Notes under the pieces: generated by a model
What the model was told of the DNA's origin: nothing
The model's database searches: none
Seen by the model: the letters and a program-made list of their open reading frames with translations, nothing else
Assembly (NCBI GenBank): GCA_963803795.1
Contig: CAWDNT010000008.1
Location: 972,555-1,036,554 of the forward strand
Reading direction: 5' to 3'
Length of the DNA: 64,000 bases
DNA from: an uncultured Acidobacteriaceae bacterium
GTDB lineage: Bacteria > Acidobacteriota > Terriglobia > Terriglobales > Acidobacteriaceae
Shown here: positions 8,827-19,605 of the stretch, in pieces
Numbering within the stretch: the first letter of the stretch is position 1
How the letters are laid out: each line of letters begins with the position of its first letter
Made by a program: the position numbers and the translations under genes

Positions 8827-10986
8827 CTATTTCGTCCATTGATCCACCCAGTCGTTCACTGTTTTGTACCAGAGTTGAGAATTCTGCGGCTTTATTACCC
8901 AGTGGCCTTCGTCGGGGAAATACAGCATCTTCGACGGCACGCCTTCCATCTGCAGCGTGGTGAAGAGATCGAATCCCTGCGACACGTCAAGTCGATAGTC
9001 GCGCTGGCCGTGGATGACCAGCGTCGGCGTCTTGAAGTTCTTGGCGTACTGGTGCGGCGACCATTTCTCATAACCTGCTCGGTTATCGTAGGGCGTGCCT
9101 TTGAACTCCCAGTTGTTGAACCAGAGTTCTTCGGTAGTGCCCCAGGCGGATTCGGCGTTGAACATGCCGTCGTGCGTGACGATGCACTTGAACCGGTCGG
9201 TGTGGCCGAGAATCCAGTTGGCCATGTATCCGCCGTAGCTCGCGCCCAGCGCGCACTCCCTATCCTTGTCAATGAAAGGGTAGGTCTTTTCTGCGTAGTC
9301 GAGGCCCTTCATCAGGTCTTCAAACGGAGCGCCGCCCCAGTCGCCGTTGATGGCGTCGATGAACTTCTGTCCGTAGCCGGTCGAGCCGTGGAAGTTGATC
9401 ATGATGACCACGTATCCGCTGCTCGTCGAAGAAGTTGGTGACGCGAAGAGTTCGGCGTTCCAGCGGTAGCTCCAGTCGTCTCCCCAGGCGCTCTCCGGAC
9501 CGCCGTGGATGAGGAACTTCACGGGATACTTCTTGCTGGGGTCGAAGTTCGGCGGCTTGACCAGGAAGCCTTCGACTTTGTCGCCGTTGGCGCCGGGGAA
9601 GAGGAAGTATTCAAGGGGTGACAGAGCGACCTGGGAAAGGACGTCGCTGTTCAGATCAACAAGAAGATGACCGATCTCTGCCCTGAGTAGCTTGGAGGGC
9701 TGTTGGAGTTTGTAAATTTGTGTCGGCCACTGGATGGACATACGCGTAAAGAACATCGTGCTACCGTCACGACTTACTGCAGGATCATCAGCGTAAGCGC
9801 CGCCCACGACGTCCCTCGGTTCCTCGCCATTCAACGGGACTTGCTTAATGTCCGACCCCCTGCCCTCCTGTGCAGCGAAATAGATCCCAGTCGAGTCCGG
9901 CATCCAGACGAAGGTTCCAACCCAAGCATCAAAATTATCCGTCAGGTTCTTCTTCTCGCCCGTCTTGCGGTCGTACAGCATCAGCCGGAAGCGATCGCTC
10001 TCGTATCCCGGACGCTGCTGGGCGCGGTAGGCGATGTAGCGGCCATCGGGTGAATAGAGCGGCGTCGAGTCGCTGGCGGGATTGTCGGCGGTGATGTTCT
10101 TGGCTGGCCCACCATTGATCGAAACGACCCAGAGATCGTTGTTGGTCGAAGCAGCCGGATTCTTGTCGTGATTCGACGTGTAGCAAATCTCCTGCCCGTC
10201 GGGCGAGAAGGCGTAGTTATCCTGCCCGCCAAGCGAGAACACGGGCGCGTCGTAATCGCCAGGGGTAAGGTCTCGCGGGGGGAGGGCTAATTGCTTTACC
10301 ATCTCGTCGTATGGGGTAACGTGCTCACCAGCCCCTGGGTGCAACGCGGTAACAACTCTATACGTCTTCACAAAGATGTGGGTGCGCTTCCCGTCCTTGT
10401 ACGCGTTCCAGTGTCGGTAGAGGAGGTGATCGAAGATTTGCGGCTTGACCTTCGATTCCTCTGCTTCTTTCAACTTCTTCCCGTTGCAGGCTGCCTCTGC
10501 TTCCGGTGCGCCATCGCACTCCGGATAAACGTCGGAAGTAAACAGTATGTTGTTCCCGTCCGGCGACCAGAGTTCTCCCCCGGCCTCGGTCGCGATGTTT
10601 GTCAGCCCATGCACGGCCTTCACCGTTCCCGCCGTGTCATCGAAATCGGCGATCCATACTTGCGATCCACCTTCTTTGGTCGAGATAAACGCGAACAGTT
10701 TCCCGTCCGGCGCCCAGCGCGGACGGTCGGCGTCCTGATCGGCAATAATTTCTCGCTCCTGACCACCGGCCGTAGGCACGATCCAGATGTGCGGCGTCTT
10801 GGTGTTGGCCTCGAGATCCACGTCGACCACGCTGAAGATTACCCACTTGCCGTCCGGCGAAACCTCAGGCTCGCTCACGCGCCTCAGCTTCATCATGTCT
10901 TCGAACGTGAAGGGATGCTTGGCCTGCGCGATGGCAGGAAAAGTGAAAGCGATGATGGCAAGAACGACCAGAAAGAAACGCCGCAT
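8827..10986 (-). CDS. S9-family serine peptidase with N-terminal beta-propeller (prolyl oligopeptidase/DPP type)
   Basis: GASYGGYMANW nucleophile elbow, a C-terminal alpha/beta hydrolase domain, and TolB/DPP-like repeats (SPDGKWVIF, SPDGNNILF, SPDGQEICY, SPDGRYIAY). ATG 10986 opens the signal peptide MRRFFLVVLAIIAFTFPAIAQA and is preceded by GGAGG. Confidence 0.85.
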   Translation of the reverse strand: MRRFFLVVLAIIAFTFPAIAQAKHPFTFEDMMKLRRVSEPEVSPDGKWVIFSVVDVDLEANTKTPHIWIVPTAGGQEREIIADQDADRPRWAPDGKLFAFISTKEGGSQVWIADFDDTAGTVKAVHGLTNIATEAGGELWSPDGNNILFTSDVYPECDGAPEAEAACNGKKLKEAEESKVKPQIFDHLLYRHWNAYKDGKRTHIFVKTYRVVTALHPGAGEHVTPYDEMVKQLALPPRDLTPGDYDAPVFSLGGQDNYAFSPDGQEICYTSNHDKNPAASTNNDLWVVSINGGPAKNITADNPASDSTPLYSPDGRYIAYRAQQRPGYESDRFRLMLYDRKTGEKKNLTDNFDAWVGTFVWMPDSTGIYFAAQEGRGSDIKQVPLNGEEPRDVVGGAYADDPAVSRDGSTMFFTRMSIQWPTQIYKLQQPSKLLRAEIGHLLVDLNSDVLSQVALSPLEYFLFPGANGDKVEGFLVKPPNFDPSKKYPVKFLIHGGPESAWGDDWSYRWNAELFASPTSSTSSGYVVIMINFHGSTGYGQKFIDAINGDWGGAPFEDLMKGLDYAEKTYPFIDKDRECALGASYGGYMANWILGHTDRFKCIVTHDGMFNAESAWGTTEELWFNNWEFKGTPYDNRAGYEKWSPHQYAKNFKTPTLVIHGQRDYRLDVSQGFDLFTTLQMEGVPSKMLYFPDEGHWVIKPQNSQLWYKTVNDWVDQWTK

Positions 10987-11192
10987 GGCATGCCTCCTCG
11001 ACAAACGGAAGAGTGTAGCAGGGGAAAGCTTCCAGCTTCCAGCCTCCGTCTTCGGAGGCGCGGCAAACCCTTTTGCTCCTCCGGCATCCAACTAAATGGC
11101 AGAACTGCAGCGCCCGCCCCGGCCCCGCTGAGCGGAGAGAGGTCGGGGAGGGCCGCCGCGGTGGCCCTCGGCCAAACTTCCGCGTGTGTTTC

Positions 11193-11290
11193 GTAGAGAC
11201 GTAGCTTGCTACGTCTTTGCCGGCGCAATCCGCGAGACGTGGTAAGGTCCGGGCCGCCGCACGTGGAGACATTGCAAGCAATGTCTCTAC
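11193..11290. repeat. AGACGT-palindrome element, dimer
   Basis: gtagagacgtagcttgctacgtct (11193..11216) and ggagacattgcaagcaatgtctctac (11265..11290) in head-to-head orientation, in a divergent intergenic region. Confidence 0.85.
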
Positions 11291-11319
11291 AGAGAGCGCA
11301 AATCCAGTAAACTAGAGCT

Positions 11320-12219
11320 ATGCGACTGGCTTCCCGCAGTGCCCTATTCCTTACCCTCCTGGCGAGTGTGCTGGCTAGCCTACCTGCGGCTTCGCAGGAG
11401 GGCGCCCTCGATAACACGCCGCCGACGAGCATCAAGCCCGAGGAAATCATCACGCGTTTCGCGGCGCGGGAGAAACTGTTCAAGGACGCGCGCGAGCACT
11501 ATACCTACCGCCAAGACATCAAGGTACAGACTCGCGACGGCAACACGGTCACCGGGGAGTATCACGAAGTCTTCGACGTGCTTTACGACGACAAAGGCCA
11601 CCGCATCGAAAACGTCGTCTTTGCGCCTCAATCCACGCTGGAGCAAGGAGGGCTCGGGCTAGACGAAGGTGACGTCCAGGATTTCCGCAACCGCCTGCCC
11701 TTCGTTCTGACCACCGAAGAGGTTCCCGAATACAACATCCTTTACGTCGGCCAGCAACAAGAGGACACGTTGCACTGTTACGTCTTCGATATTGCTCCCA
11801 AACAGATTGTGGGCAAGAAACGCTACTTCCAGGGCCGCATCTGGGTCGACGATCGCGATTTCCAGATCGTAAAAACCTATGGCCAGGCCGTCCCCGAGAC
11901 TCGCGACACGAAAAAGAAGGGCAAGACAGAACACCTTTACCCGAAGTTCACCACCTGGCGCGAGCAGATCGATAACCAGTACTGGTTTCCCACCTACACG
12001 CGTGCCGACGACACGCTGAGCTTCAACACGGGCGACATTCACATCCGTGAGATCGTGAGGTACGAGGACTACAAGCGTTTCGGTTCCAGCGTGAAGATTC
12101 TGTATCAGGGGCAGGAGGTTCCGAAGTCGGATCAAAAGGATCAGAAGCCGCCGCAGACTCCGGATCAGAATCCAGATCAGAAGAAGCCGGACGCGACTTC
12201 GCCGAATCCTCAGAAGTAA
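11320..12219 (+). CDS. hypothetical secreted protein with Lys/Pro/Gln-rich tail
   Basis: Signal peptide MRLASRSALFLTLLASVLASLPAASQ and a protein-like beta-rich body. A LolA-like lipoprotein-sorting fold is only a guess. Confidence 0.55.
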   Translation: MRLASRSALFLTLLASVLASLPAASQEGALDNTPPTSIKPEEIITRFAAREKLFKDAREHYTYRQDIKVQTRDGNTVTGEYHEVFDVLYDDKGHRIENVVFAPQSTLEQGGLGLDEGDVQDFRNRLPFVLTTEEVPEYNILYVGQQQEDTLHCYVFDIAPKQIVGKKRYFQGRIWVDDRDFQIVKTYGQAVPETRDTKKKGKTEHLYPKFTTWREQIDNQYWFPTYTRADDTLSFNTGDIHIREIVRYEDYKRFGSSVKILYQGQEVPKSDQKDQKPPQTPDQNPDQKKPDATSPNPQK

Positions 12220-12220
12220 G

Positions 12221-12391
12221 GTCAAGGTTTCAGAATCTCAAGGTTTCAAACTTGGATGGGCTCGTCCTTTTCGCAAGGAGTCGATCACGCGGTTCAGGAG
12301 ACCTAGGACTTGGTAGGTATCCTTGTCAAGCGGAAGCGCGTCGCAGTTTTCCCTCTTTGAAACCTTGAAACTACTCTGAAACCTTGAAACC
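12221..12391. repeat. AAACCTTGAAAC word inverted repeat (about 35-bp arms, about 100-nt spacer)
   Basis: Left arm gtcaaggtttcagaatctcaaggtttcaaacttg (12221..12254). Right arm ctttgaaaccttgaaactactctgaaaccttgaaacc (12355..12391). It lies between convergent genes. Confidence 0.8.
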
Positions 12392-13014
12392 TAATAAAAG
12401 AGGTACTTCCTCCACTTATCATCCGACCGCCCCATGAGCCGCATGATGTGCCGGCTGGTGTGGAGGTTGAAGGCGCGGGGCTCGCGCATAAGCTTCATAC
12501 CGGCTTCGAGGGGGAACTGGTTGCCTTTGCGGCGGTTGCAGAGATGGCAGCAGGCTACCAGGTTTTCCCAGGTGGACGAGCCTCCGCGGGAGCGGGGAAT
12601 CACGTGGTCGAGCGTCAACTCGCCGGAGGGCAGCACGGTAGCGCAATACTGGCAGGTGTTGCGATCGCGCAGCAGGATATTTTTCCGCGACAGAGCGCGG
12701 CTCTGGTGCGGAATGCGGCGGTACTCGAGCAGGCGGATTACCGAGGGCACACGCATGGCGATGCGCGCGGCATGCAGGAAGTGTCCATTCTCCTCTTCCG
12801 TCATGGCGACGCCTTTGAGCACCAGGACCAGGGCGCGGCGTGCCGCACAAACATTGATGGGCTCGTAGGACGCGTTCAGCACCAGCACGGGCGCGTGCAG
12901 CGCGTTGCCATTGCTGTCGCGATGCATCGCCGCCGCCGCGAACAGGCCGGCGGCATGGCGTCCCGGTGGTCCTGCGTCGGTTTCGATCCTGTTTGACATA
13001 AATCCGGCTGACAC
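12391..13014 (-). CDS. HNH endonuclease
   Basis: CQYC...[35 protein letters not shown]/zinc-finger motif. The start could be at an internal Met. Confidence 0.8.
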   Translation of the reverse strand: MSAGFMSNRIETDAGPPGRHAAGLFAAAAMHRDSNGNALHAPVLVLNASYEPINVCAARRALVLVLKGVAMTEEENGHFLHAARIAMRVPSVIRLLEYRRIPHQSRALSRKNILLRDRNTCQYCATVLPSGELTLDHVIPRSRGGSSTWENLVACCHLCNRRKGNQFPLEAGMKLMREPRAFNLHTSRHIMRLMGRSDDKWRKYLFY

Positions 13015-13019
13015 AAATC

Positions 13020-13937
13020 TTAAGTCCCTACGGCTTTAGCCATCGGAACTGCATCCGCTCCGATTCTTTCGTCTAGCTGCCTGTCTTCGTGGTCTGGTCC
13101 GATCTCTGCATGCTGTGCCGAGATTTTCAGGGTGCGGGCCACCGTTGCGACCCAAACATTGGTTGCTCCGGCTCGGCGCAAAACCTTTGAACACTCCGAA
13201 ACCGTAGCGCCCGTGGTGTAAACATCGTCCACAACCAGCACTTCGCGGCCTTTCACCAACTCCGGCTGTGCCACACCGAAAGCGCCCCGCAGGTTTTCTC
13301 GGCGCTGGTGGCTGGTAAGGCCAATTTGCGATGCCGTATCGCGCTTTCTCTCGAGCACGCCCGCGCACAAACGGAAGCGGCTTCCCGACTGGCCGAGTTT
13401 CATCGCGCTGCTGGCAATCAGCTCTGTCTGGTTGAAGCCGCGCTGCCGAAGCTTGGTACGGTGCAATGGCACAGGGATCACAGCCACCGAGTGCGCCCGA
13501 AATTCCGGTTCCAGAGTCGTGATCGCATCAGACAGCATTCGTCCGAGGACGTTGGCTGCCGGACGCACGCCGCCATACTTCAGCAGATGAATCAGCTCGC
13601 GCAGTCCGCTCTCGTAGCTCCCGTACGCAGCTGCTCGCGCAAAGGGTGGTTCGATGCGGCGGCATAGGCCGCACCGGGCCTGGTCTGGACCGCTGGTAAA
13701 CGCATACGGGGAAAAAAGCCTCTCGCCGCAGACGACGCAAACTCCCCCAGCGATTGCAGGCATGGCATCAAGGCATTCCTGGCAGACAGGGAGACGCGAA
13801 ATCCTCAGCAGTGGCACTCCGCAGATGCGGCAATCGGAGGGAAACAAAACGGCGAAGACACTTTCGGCGATCTGGCCAGCCCAGCTTCGGTTGGCCTGGA
13901 CCTTGACGGCCCCTGAAGCAATAGAAGGGCCTGCCAC
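13020..13937 (-). CDS. comF: ComF-family phosphoribosyltransferase-domain protein
   Basis: N-terminal Cys-rich zinc fingers ([24 protein letters not shown]) and the PRTase motif [14 protein letters not shown]. It ends 5 nt upstream of the HNH gene start. Confidence 0.8.
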   Translation of the reverse strand: MAGPSIASGAVKVQANRSWAGQIAESVFAVLFPSDCRICGVPLLRISRLPVCQECLDAMPAIAGGVCVVCGERLFSPYAFTSGPDQARCGLCRRIEPPFARAAAYGSYESGLRELIHLLKYGGVRPAANVLGRMLSDAITTLEPEFRAHSVAVIPVPLHRTKLRQRGFNQTELIASSAMKLGQSGSRFRLCAGVLERKRDTASQIGLTSHQRRENLRGAFGVAQPELVKGREVLVVDDVYTTGATVSECSKVLRRAGATNVWVATVARTLKISAQHAEIGPDHEDRQLDERIGADAVPMAKAVGT

Positions 13938-14076
13938 TGCAGCTTTGGCCTGGCTAGCCCGAATTCTGTCCCCACTACTGCTGAAGACGGCCTCCGTGTC
14001 GCCCGCAGAAATCTTACTTGGGAGGGCGACTCAGCGATTGCCTGCTTAATTAGCAGTATAGCGGCGGCCGGGTCCG

Positions 14077-14427
14077 CTAGGCAACGTTACGATTGGGTCG
14101 AGGCGCCGCGGTCGGCACCTTCTTGATGGATTCCGGCAGCCGCTCCTTCACCGGCACGAACAACAAACGATAGTCCCGCCGGAAGCACTCCGCGCAGCGC
14201 ACCGGCTGCAAGAGAAGAATCGGCAGCAGCCAACGTTCGAAGAACGACCGGCGCCGCGAGCGGAATCCGTTGTCGCTGCCGCAATCATCGCAGTGAAATT
14301 CGAAATACCGCTGGAACCAGGGTTGGTAGGGAGAGTTGTTTACCACGCTACACCTCGGGACGACGAAACCACGAAGGGGCGAGAAACCGACTGACGTGAT
14401 TTTACCCCTAAGCGACAGGCAAACCAA
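14077..14427 (-). CDS. hypothetical small Cys-pair protein
   Basis: ORF with CDDC...CAEC pairs. The start is uncertain and no family was recognised. Confidence 0.35.
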   Translation of the reverse strand: MVCLSLRGKITSVGFSPLRGFVVPRCSVVNNSPYQPWFQRYFEFHCDDCGSDNGFRSRRRSFFERWLLPILLLQPVRCAECFRRDYRLLFVPVKERLPESIKKVPTAAPRPNRNVA

Positions 14428-14576
14428 TCGGGAGTCTGACTCAGTGGGGCACGGGCTGGAACCCGCACCCCACTTGTAATGCAGCCCGTCCCCATGCTAA
14501 CGTGCCGCCGTTTAGTGTTTTGAATAAGTTACGGCACGAAATTGCTTTCATCTCACGCCTTACGAGGATTCCACTT

Positions 14577-16655
14577 ATGAGTAATCCAGGCCCCGAATCA
14601 GGAACTGGTGTCAAGAAACACGTTCCTTTTGTGCCCGAGAACATGGAGATGAAGGAATTCACTCTGCGCGCCGTGCTGCTGGGACTTCTCATGACGGTCG
14701 TCCTGGGAGCTGCCAACGCGTACCTGGGCCTGCGTGCCGGTATCACGATCGCGGCCACATATCCGGCCGCAGTTATTGCGATGGCGGCAATGCGGGCGTG
14801 GAAGGGATCGCTGCTCGAAGAAAACATTGCTCGAACCGCAGGCACAATCGGAGAGGGCCTCGCGGCGGGCGCAATTTTCACCATTCCTGCGTTTGTGATC
14901 GCAAAGGCTTGGCCTTCTTTCCGGCCGGCCGATGCGTACTGGAAATCGACCGCACTGATGATGGTAGGCAGCATCCTGGGAGTGCTCTTCATTTCATTGG
15001 TCCGCCGCGTGATGGTGGAAGACCCGGAATTGCCCTTCCCTGAGTCGGTCGCGGCCGCAGAAATTCACAAGGCGGGGCGGCGGGGCGCGGACGCCGCGAA
15101 ATATCTTTTCTGGAACATTGGTGTCGGCGGCCTGGTTTATATCCTGGGCCGCTTCGGACTCTTCGCAGCTGACAAAGACATTCATTTTGCCGTAGGCAGT
15201 CTGGGCCGCAGTCAGGTCCGCCTCGGCACCACGGGCAGTGCGAACGTCGTAGCGGCCGGCGGCACCAGCACTTTCGCAGCGCCCAGCGTGAGTCCGGCAT
15301 ATCTGGGCGTGGGTTACATCATTGGGTTGCGGCTGGCGTCGATTCAGTTTGCCGGCGGCGTGCTGGCCTGGGGATTGATGGTTCCCCTGCTCATATTTTT
15401 CCTGGGACCGCAGATTAAACACTATCTTCCAGCGGACACACCCGACAATTGGGCGGCGATCGCGATAGCGGTATGGCGATTTATCGTGCGTCCCATCGCC
15501 GTCGGTGGAATGCTGGTAGGCGCGGCTTACACGCTTTTCAAGATGGGTAAGAGCCTCACAGCGGGCATCGGCCGGGCCTTGTCGGATCTGCGCCAGACCG
15601 CGGACCAGCGAGCCCAACTCTCTCGTACCGAACAGTACATGAGTTCAAAGGTAGTCTTTGGTTTGATTGCCTTGATGTTCGTGCTGATGTGCTTTCTGTA
15701 CATCCGCATCTCGGGATTGGTTTGGCCGGCGGTGTTGGCGGCCGTTGTCATGCTGATCGTCGGGTTCTTCATGGCAACGGTGTCGGGCAGTCTAGTCGGA
15801 TTTATCGGTTCCTCCAATAATCCAGTTTCCGGCCTGACGCTCTCCACCTTGCTGATTGCGGCGCTGCTGATGGTTTCGCTTGGAGCGTCGGGAATTAAGG
15901 GCGTGGCCGTGGTGTTGGGTGTTGCTGCGGTAGTTTGTGTTTCATCCTCGGTAGCCGGTGAACTGCTGCAAGACTTCAAGGTCGGTTACATCCTGGGCGG
16001 AACTCCGCGCAAGATTCAGATGGCGGAACTGATCGCCGTAGTCGTCGCAAGCCTGGCCATGTACTGGCCGCTCTACCTGCTCGATACGGCATTCGGTTTT
16101 GGCAGCCGCCAGCTTTCGGCGCCACAAGCGGGCCTCATGGCCACCTTGGCCATCGGCATCGTAGGCGGCGACATGCCTTGGCCGTTGGTGGTGGTGGGAG
16201 TTTTCTTTGGCATCGCCATGATTATGATGCAGGTGCGGAGCCCCATGCTGGTAGCGGTTGGCATGTATCTGCCGTTTGAGACGACGTTCGCGATTTTCAT
16301 CGGTGGGGTTTTTCGCGCCGCTGGGGATTGGCTGGCCACGCGGCGTGGACTGAATGAAGCGCAGAAGGCGCGAGTGGAGAACGCCGGAGTTCTCACGGCG
16401 TCTGGCCTGATCGCCGGTGAATCAGTGTTCGGGCTGATTTGGGCGGCTTTTATTGCATTGTCCTTTGCCCACCAATCATGGCTGCAGGGCGCCGCAGCAT
16501 GGGCGACGCGGATCACGTCGGCGCAGATCTTCGAACATCCGCTTTATCTGGCTGGAATTGGTGTCATGGTTCTGCTGGCCGGTCTGATGATTTGGTTGCC
16601 GCTTACGAGCGCTGGCGATCCCAACGAACCGGCGCCGCCCACGGCTATGATGTAA
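14577..16655 (+). CDS. OPT-family oligopeptide transporter
   Basis: About 690 aa, polytopic, with an OPT-like N-terminus (EFTLRAVLLGLLMTVVLGAANAYLGLRAGITIAATYPAAVIAMA). ATG 14577 is preceded by GAGGA. Confidence 0.85.
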   Translation: MSNPGPESGTGVKKHVPFVPENMEMKEFTLRAVLLGLLMTVVLGAANAYLGLRAGITIAATYPAAVIAMAAMRAWKGSLLEENIARTAGTIGEGLAAGAIFTIPAFVIAKAWPSFRPADAYWKSTALMMVGSILGVLFISLVRRVMVEDPELPFPESVAAAEIHKAGRRGADAAKYLFWNIGVGGLVYILGRFGLFAADKDIHFAVGSLGRSQVRLGTTGSANVVAAGGTSTFAAPSVSPAYLGVGYIIGLRLASIQFAGGVLAWGLMVPLLIFFLGPQIKHYLPADTPDNWAAIAIAVWRFIVRPIAVGGMLVGAAYTLFKMGKSLTAGIGRALSDLRQTADQRAQLSRTEQYMSSKVVFGLIALMFVLMCFLYIRISGLVWPAVLAAVVMLIVGFFMATVSGSLVGFIGSSNNPVSGLTLSTLLIAALLMVSLGASGIKGVAVVLGVAAVVCVSSSVAGELLQDFKVGYILGGTPRKIQMAELIAVVVASLAMYWPLYLLDTAFGFGSRQLSAPQAGLMATLAIGIVGGDMPWPLVVVGVFFGIAMIMMQVRSPMLVAVGMYLPFETTFAIFIGGVFRAAGDWLATRRGLNEAQKARVENAGVLTASGLIAGESVFGLIWAAFIALSFAHQSWLQGAAAWATRITSAQIFEHPLYLAGIGVMVLLAGLMIWLPLTSAGDPNEPAPPTAMM

Positions 16656-16750
16656 CGATTGTCTGGTGCGGGCACTACCTTCGGCTTCGCTCAGGGCAGG
16701 CCTGCCCGTGACCTTCGCGCTGCGAAGGGCTTTCGTGATCTACTTTTCCA

Positions 16751-17455
16751 ATGTCGGTAGGCGCAAACATTGCATCGATCAAGGAGCGCATCGCCAGCGC
16801 CGCCCGCCGCGCTGGGCGCAATCCCGACAACGTCGCGCTCATGGCGGTCAGCAAGACTCAACCACCTGAGCGCATCCGCGAAGCTTATGAGGCGGGACAG
16901 CGCTTGTTCGGCGAGAACCGCGTCCAGGAATTTGCGGCCAAGGCCGGAGCGCTTCAGGATTTGCAGGACGCCGAATGGCACATGATCGGGCACCTGCAAA
17001 CCAACAAGGCCGCAAGAGCCGCAGAGCTGTTCCCCGCCGTGGATGCGATTGATTCGTTGAAGCTGGCAGAGATGCTGGACACAGCGGCCCGCAAGCTCGG
17101 CAGGAAACTGGACGTGCTCATCGAAATCAACGTCGGTGGCGAAGCGGCCAAGAGCGGCATCGCGCCAGATTCGCCCGCGCTCGACCATCTGCTGCTCGCC
17201 GCGCCTCGGCTGGAAGCTTTGGTGTTTGGTGGACTGATGACGGTGCCCCCGTTCACTAACGATCCCGAGGGTGCACGGCCCTACTTCCGCAAGCTGCGCG
17301 AGTTACGCGACACGATTGCAGCCCGCAAGCTGCCAGCCATTGCCATGAGCCATCTTTCGATGGGCATGTCGCACGATTTCGAAGTGGCGGTTGAAGAGGG
17401 CTCGGCTTGTGTGCGCGTTGGTACAGCGATCTTCGGCGAGAGAACAAGGACTTAA
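16751..17455 (+). CDS. yggS: YggS-family pyridoxal-phosphate homeostasis protein
   Basis: LMAVSKTQP (PLP lysine), FGENRVQE, WHMIGHLQTNKA, and SMGMSHDFEVAVEEGSACVRVGTAIFG. Confidence 0.92.
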   Translation: MSVGANIASIKERIASAARRAGRNPDNVALMAVSKTQPPERIREAYEAGQRLFGENRVQEFAAKAGALQDLQDAEWHMIGHLQTNKAARAAELFPAVDAIDSLKLAEMLDTAARKLGRKLDVLIEINVGGEAAKSGIAPDSPALDHLLLAAPRLEALVFGGLMTVPPFTNDPEGARPYFRKLRELRDTIAARKLPAIAMSHLSMGMSHDFEVAVEEGSACVRVGTAIFGERTRT

Positions 17456-17483
17456 CCGCGGAGAACACGCGCGGAGGAACACC

Positions 17484-17822
17484 GTGAGGCTTTTCGACCG
17501 CCTTTGCGCGGGAACTCTCTTTATTCTGGCGATCGTGGATTGCCTGCTCGTGCCCAAAGACTATACCGGCAGAATCTGGTTCTTTGGGACAGGACTGGCT
17601 CTTCTGTTCACCGCCATGTTGAATGTACTTCGCATTCGCAACGGCCGTGGTGTAAAGGGTCTGAAACTGTTTTGTGTTACTGCGGATGTGACGATGCTTG
17701 TGTTCGTGATCGCGCTGATGGCAAGCATCGGAAAGGCCCGAACACTGCAGCACCCGCAAATCCCGCTGGTCGGCGTCCTTTTGCTGGCCGAGACTGGATT
17801 TTCTTTAGGGAAGAGCGATTGA
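17484..17822 (+). CDS. hypothetical small membrane protein
   Basis: GTG 17484 lies 6 nt after GGAGG. The product has three to four hydrophobic helices. Its stop overlaps the next start (TTGA). Confidence 0.45.
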   Translation: MRLFDRLCAGTLFILAIVDCLLVPKDYTGRIWFFGTGLALLFTAMLNVLRIRNGRGVKGLKLFCVTADVTMLVFVIALMASIGKARTLQHPQIPLVGVLLLAETGFSLGKSD

Positions 17823-18106
17823 TTCCCATCCACGACTCGCCCAGCGGCGTAACCTTCGCAGTTAGAGTCCGTCCTCGCGCCAGGAAAAATGCCATCACCG
17901 GTGAACTCGGCCACTCGCTGAAGCTCTCTCTAACCTCGCCTCCCGTGGATGGTCGCGTCAATGATGCCTGCATCGAATTCTTCGCGAATCTTTTGAAGCT
18001 GCCGCGTTCTTCCGTTACCATTGCCTCCGGCCAGACCAGCCGCCAGAAAGTGATCCGTATCTCGGGGCTTTCGGCCGGAGAAGTACGCAGACGGCTTGGA
18101 ATGTAG
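17819..18106 (+). CDS. yggU: DUF167-family protein (YggU-like)
   Basis: GVTFAVRVRPRARKNAITGE...LKLSLTSPPVDGRVNDACIEFFANLLKLPRSSVTIASGQTSRQKVIRI matches the DUF167 pattern. A TTG start at 17819 is inferred. Confidence 0.7.
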   Translation: MIPIHDSPSGVTFAVRVRPRARKNAITGELGHSLKLSLTSPPVDGRVNDACIEFFANLLKLPRSSVTIASGQTSRQKVIRISGLSAGEVRRRLGM

Positions 18107-19526
18107 CCGTCATCAGGGAGCCCTCTTGAGCTTTTCCGAACGCCTTCACGAAATTCGCACCGGGTTCGAGCGTCCCTTCTGGGTCGCCAACATCAGCGAG
18201 ATCTTCGAGCGCCTCTCCTATTACGGCGCCTTCGCTTCTCTTGCTTTGTATCTGCAGGAACGCCTGAATTTTTCCGCCCAGCAGACGGGAACACTCACCG
18301 GCATCTTCGGTGGCATGGTATGGTTTCTCGCCATCTTCGGAGGAGCTGCCGCCGACCGCCTCGGCTTCCGCCGCGCCCTTTCCATGGCGTATCTCATCCT
18401 CGCGGCAGCGTATTTCCTGATCGGCTCCATCGGCGCTTCCTGGCTGGCGCCGGTGCGCAACGCCGTGCCCCTCAGTTTGTTTGTCGGCTTCATCCTCATT
18501 CTCCCCGCACTCGGCATCGCGCTCGTGAAACCCTGCGTGGTCGGCACCACCGCCCGCGCCTCCAAGGAGAACGTCCGTTCGATCGGCTATTCCATTTACT
18601 ACACCATGGTCAACATCGGCGGCGCCGCCGGACCGTATTTCGCGTCCTGGGCTCATCGCCACCTGGGCGTCGAAGGCGTTTACCGCATAGCAGCGCTCAG
18701 CGTTTTCGCGATGTTCTTTGTGGTCCTGTTCTTTTTTCGCGAGCCGCACCAGCCCGGGGACGCGCCTCCGCCTTCGATTGCGACCGTCGCACGGAATTTC
18801 TGCGTCGTCGTGGGCAACTACCGCTTGGTTCTGCCCGTTCTCGTTATCGCTCTGCTCCTTCGCATCAGCCTGTGGACATATCCCGCGTTCACTGTGCCCT
18901 GGTGGATTTGGGTTGGACTTCTCGTTCTCGTCCTCGCCGGGATCAGCCGTTTCATGTGGTTTCTAGTACTCTTCACAGGCTACTGGGTTGTTTTCTGGCA
19001 GCAGTACATCAGCTTGCCGGGCTACATTCACGGCTACATCAACGCAAACGCTGACGTCGAGATCGTCCTGGTCACGGACGGGCTAACCGTAATCTGCCTC
19101 ACGCTCGCCGTAAACTACCTGACGCGCAAGATACCCGCGTTCCAAGCCGTAATACTGGGGACGCTCATCACTTCGGTTTCGTGGGTGATTCTTGTTTTCC
19201 GACCGACCATCTGGGGTGCGATTCTCTCGCTCTTCGTTTTGGCGCTGGGAGAAATCATCCAGCAACCGCGCTACTACGAATACATCGCGCTACTCGCGCC
19301 TCCAGGCCAGCAGGGGACTTACATGGGTTTCGCATTCTTGCCCATCGGAATCGGATCGCTGATCGGAGGATGGTTCGGCGGCACGCTAATGCATCATTTC
19401 GGAGAAGTCACCCACCAGCCGGAACGAATATGGTGGGTGGTAACTGGCATAGGGGTAGCGACCACCGCGCTGCTATGGATTTATGACCGAGCATTCAGAA
19501 CGCGAGGCACTCCTCACGCCGACTAA
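18096..19526 (+). CDS. POT/PTR2-family peptide:proton symporter (MFS)
   Basis: The EIFERLSYYG signature (ExxERFxYYG) plus about 12 TM helices. The start (TTG 18096 or downstream) is uncertain. Confidence 0.8.
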   Translation: MECSRHQGALLSFSERLHEIRTGFERPFWVANISEIFERLSYYGAFASLALYLQERLNFSAQQTGTLTGIFGGMVWFLAIFGGAAADRLGFRRALSMAYLILAAAYFLIGSIGASWLAPVRNAVPLSLFVGFILILPALGIALVKPCVVGTTARASKENVRSIGYSIYYTMVNIGGAAGPYFASWAHRHLGVEGVYRIAALSVFAMFFVVLFFFREPHQPGDAPPPSIATVARNFCVVVGNYRLVLPVLVIALLLRISLWTYPAFTVPWWIWVGLLVLVLAGISRFMWFLVLFTGYWVVFWQQYISLPGYIHGYINANADVEIVLVTDGLTVICLTLAVNYLTRKIPAFQAVILGTLITSVSWVILVFRPTIWGAILSLFVLALGEIIQQPRYYEYIALLAPPGQQGTYMGFAFLPIGIGSLIGGWFGGTLMHHFGEVTHQPERIWWVVTGIGVATTALLWIYDRAFRTRGTPHAD

Positions 19527-19605
19527 GACCTGCCCCAAGTCTGCTTGACTTCGCGTTCCGCCTCTGGAATCATTCGCTCCCAGCAAGTGAATTGAAGGAG
19601 GCTCT

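Noticed and set aside
17391-18106. Overlapping ORFs 17391..17822 and 17504..18106 as a frameshift
   Set aside because: They are explained by an SD-supported GTG start at 17484 for the membrane protein and a TTG start at 17819 (TTGA overlap) for the DUF167 protein.
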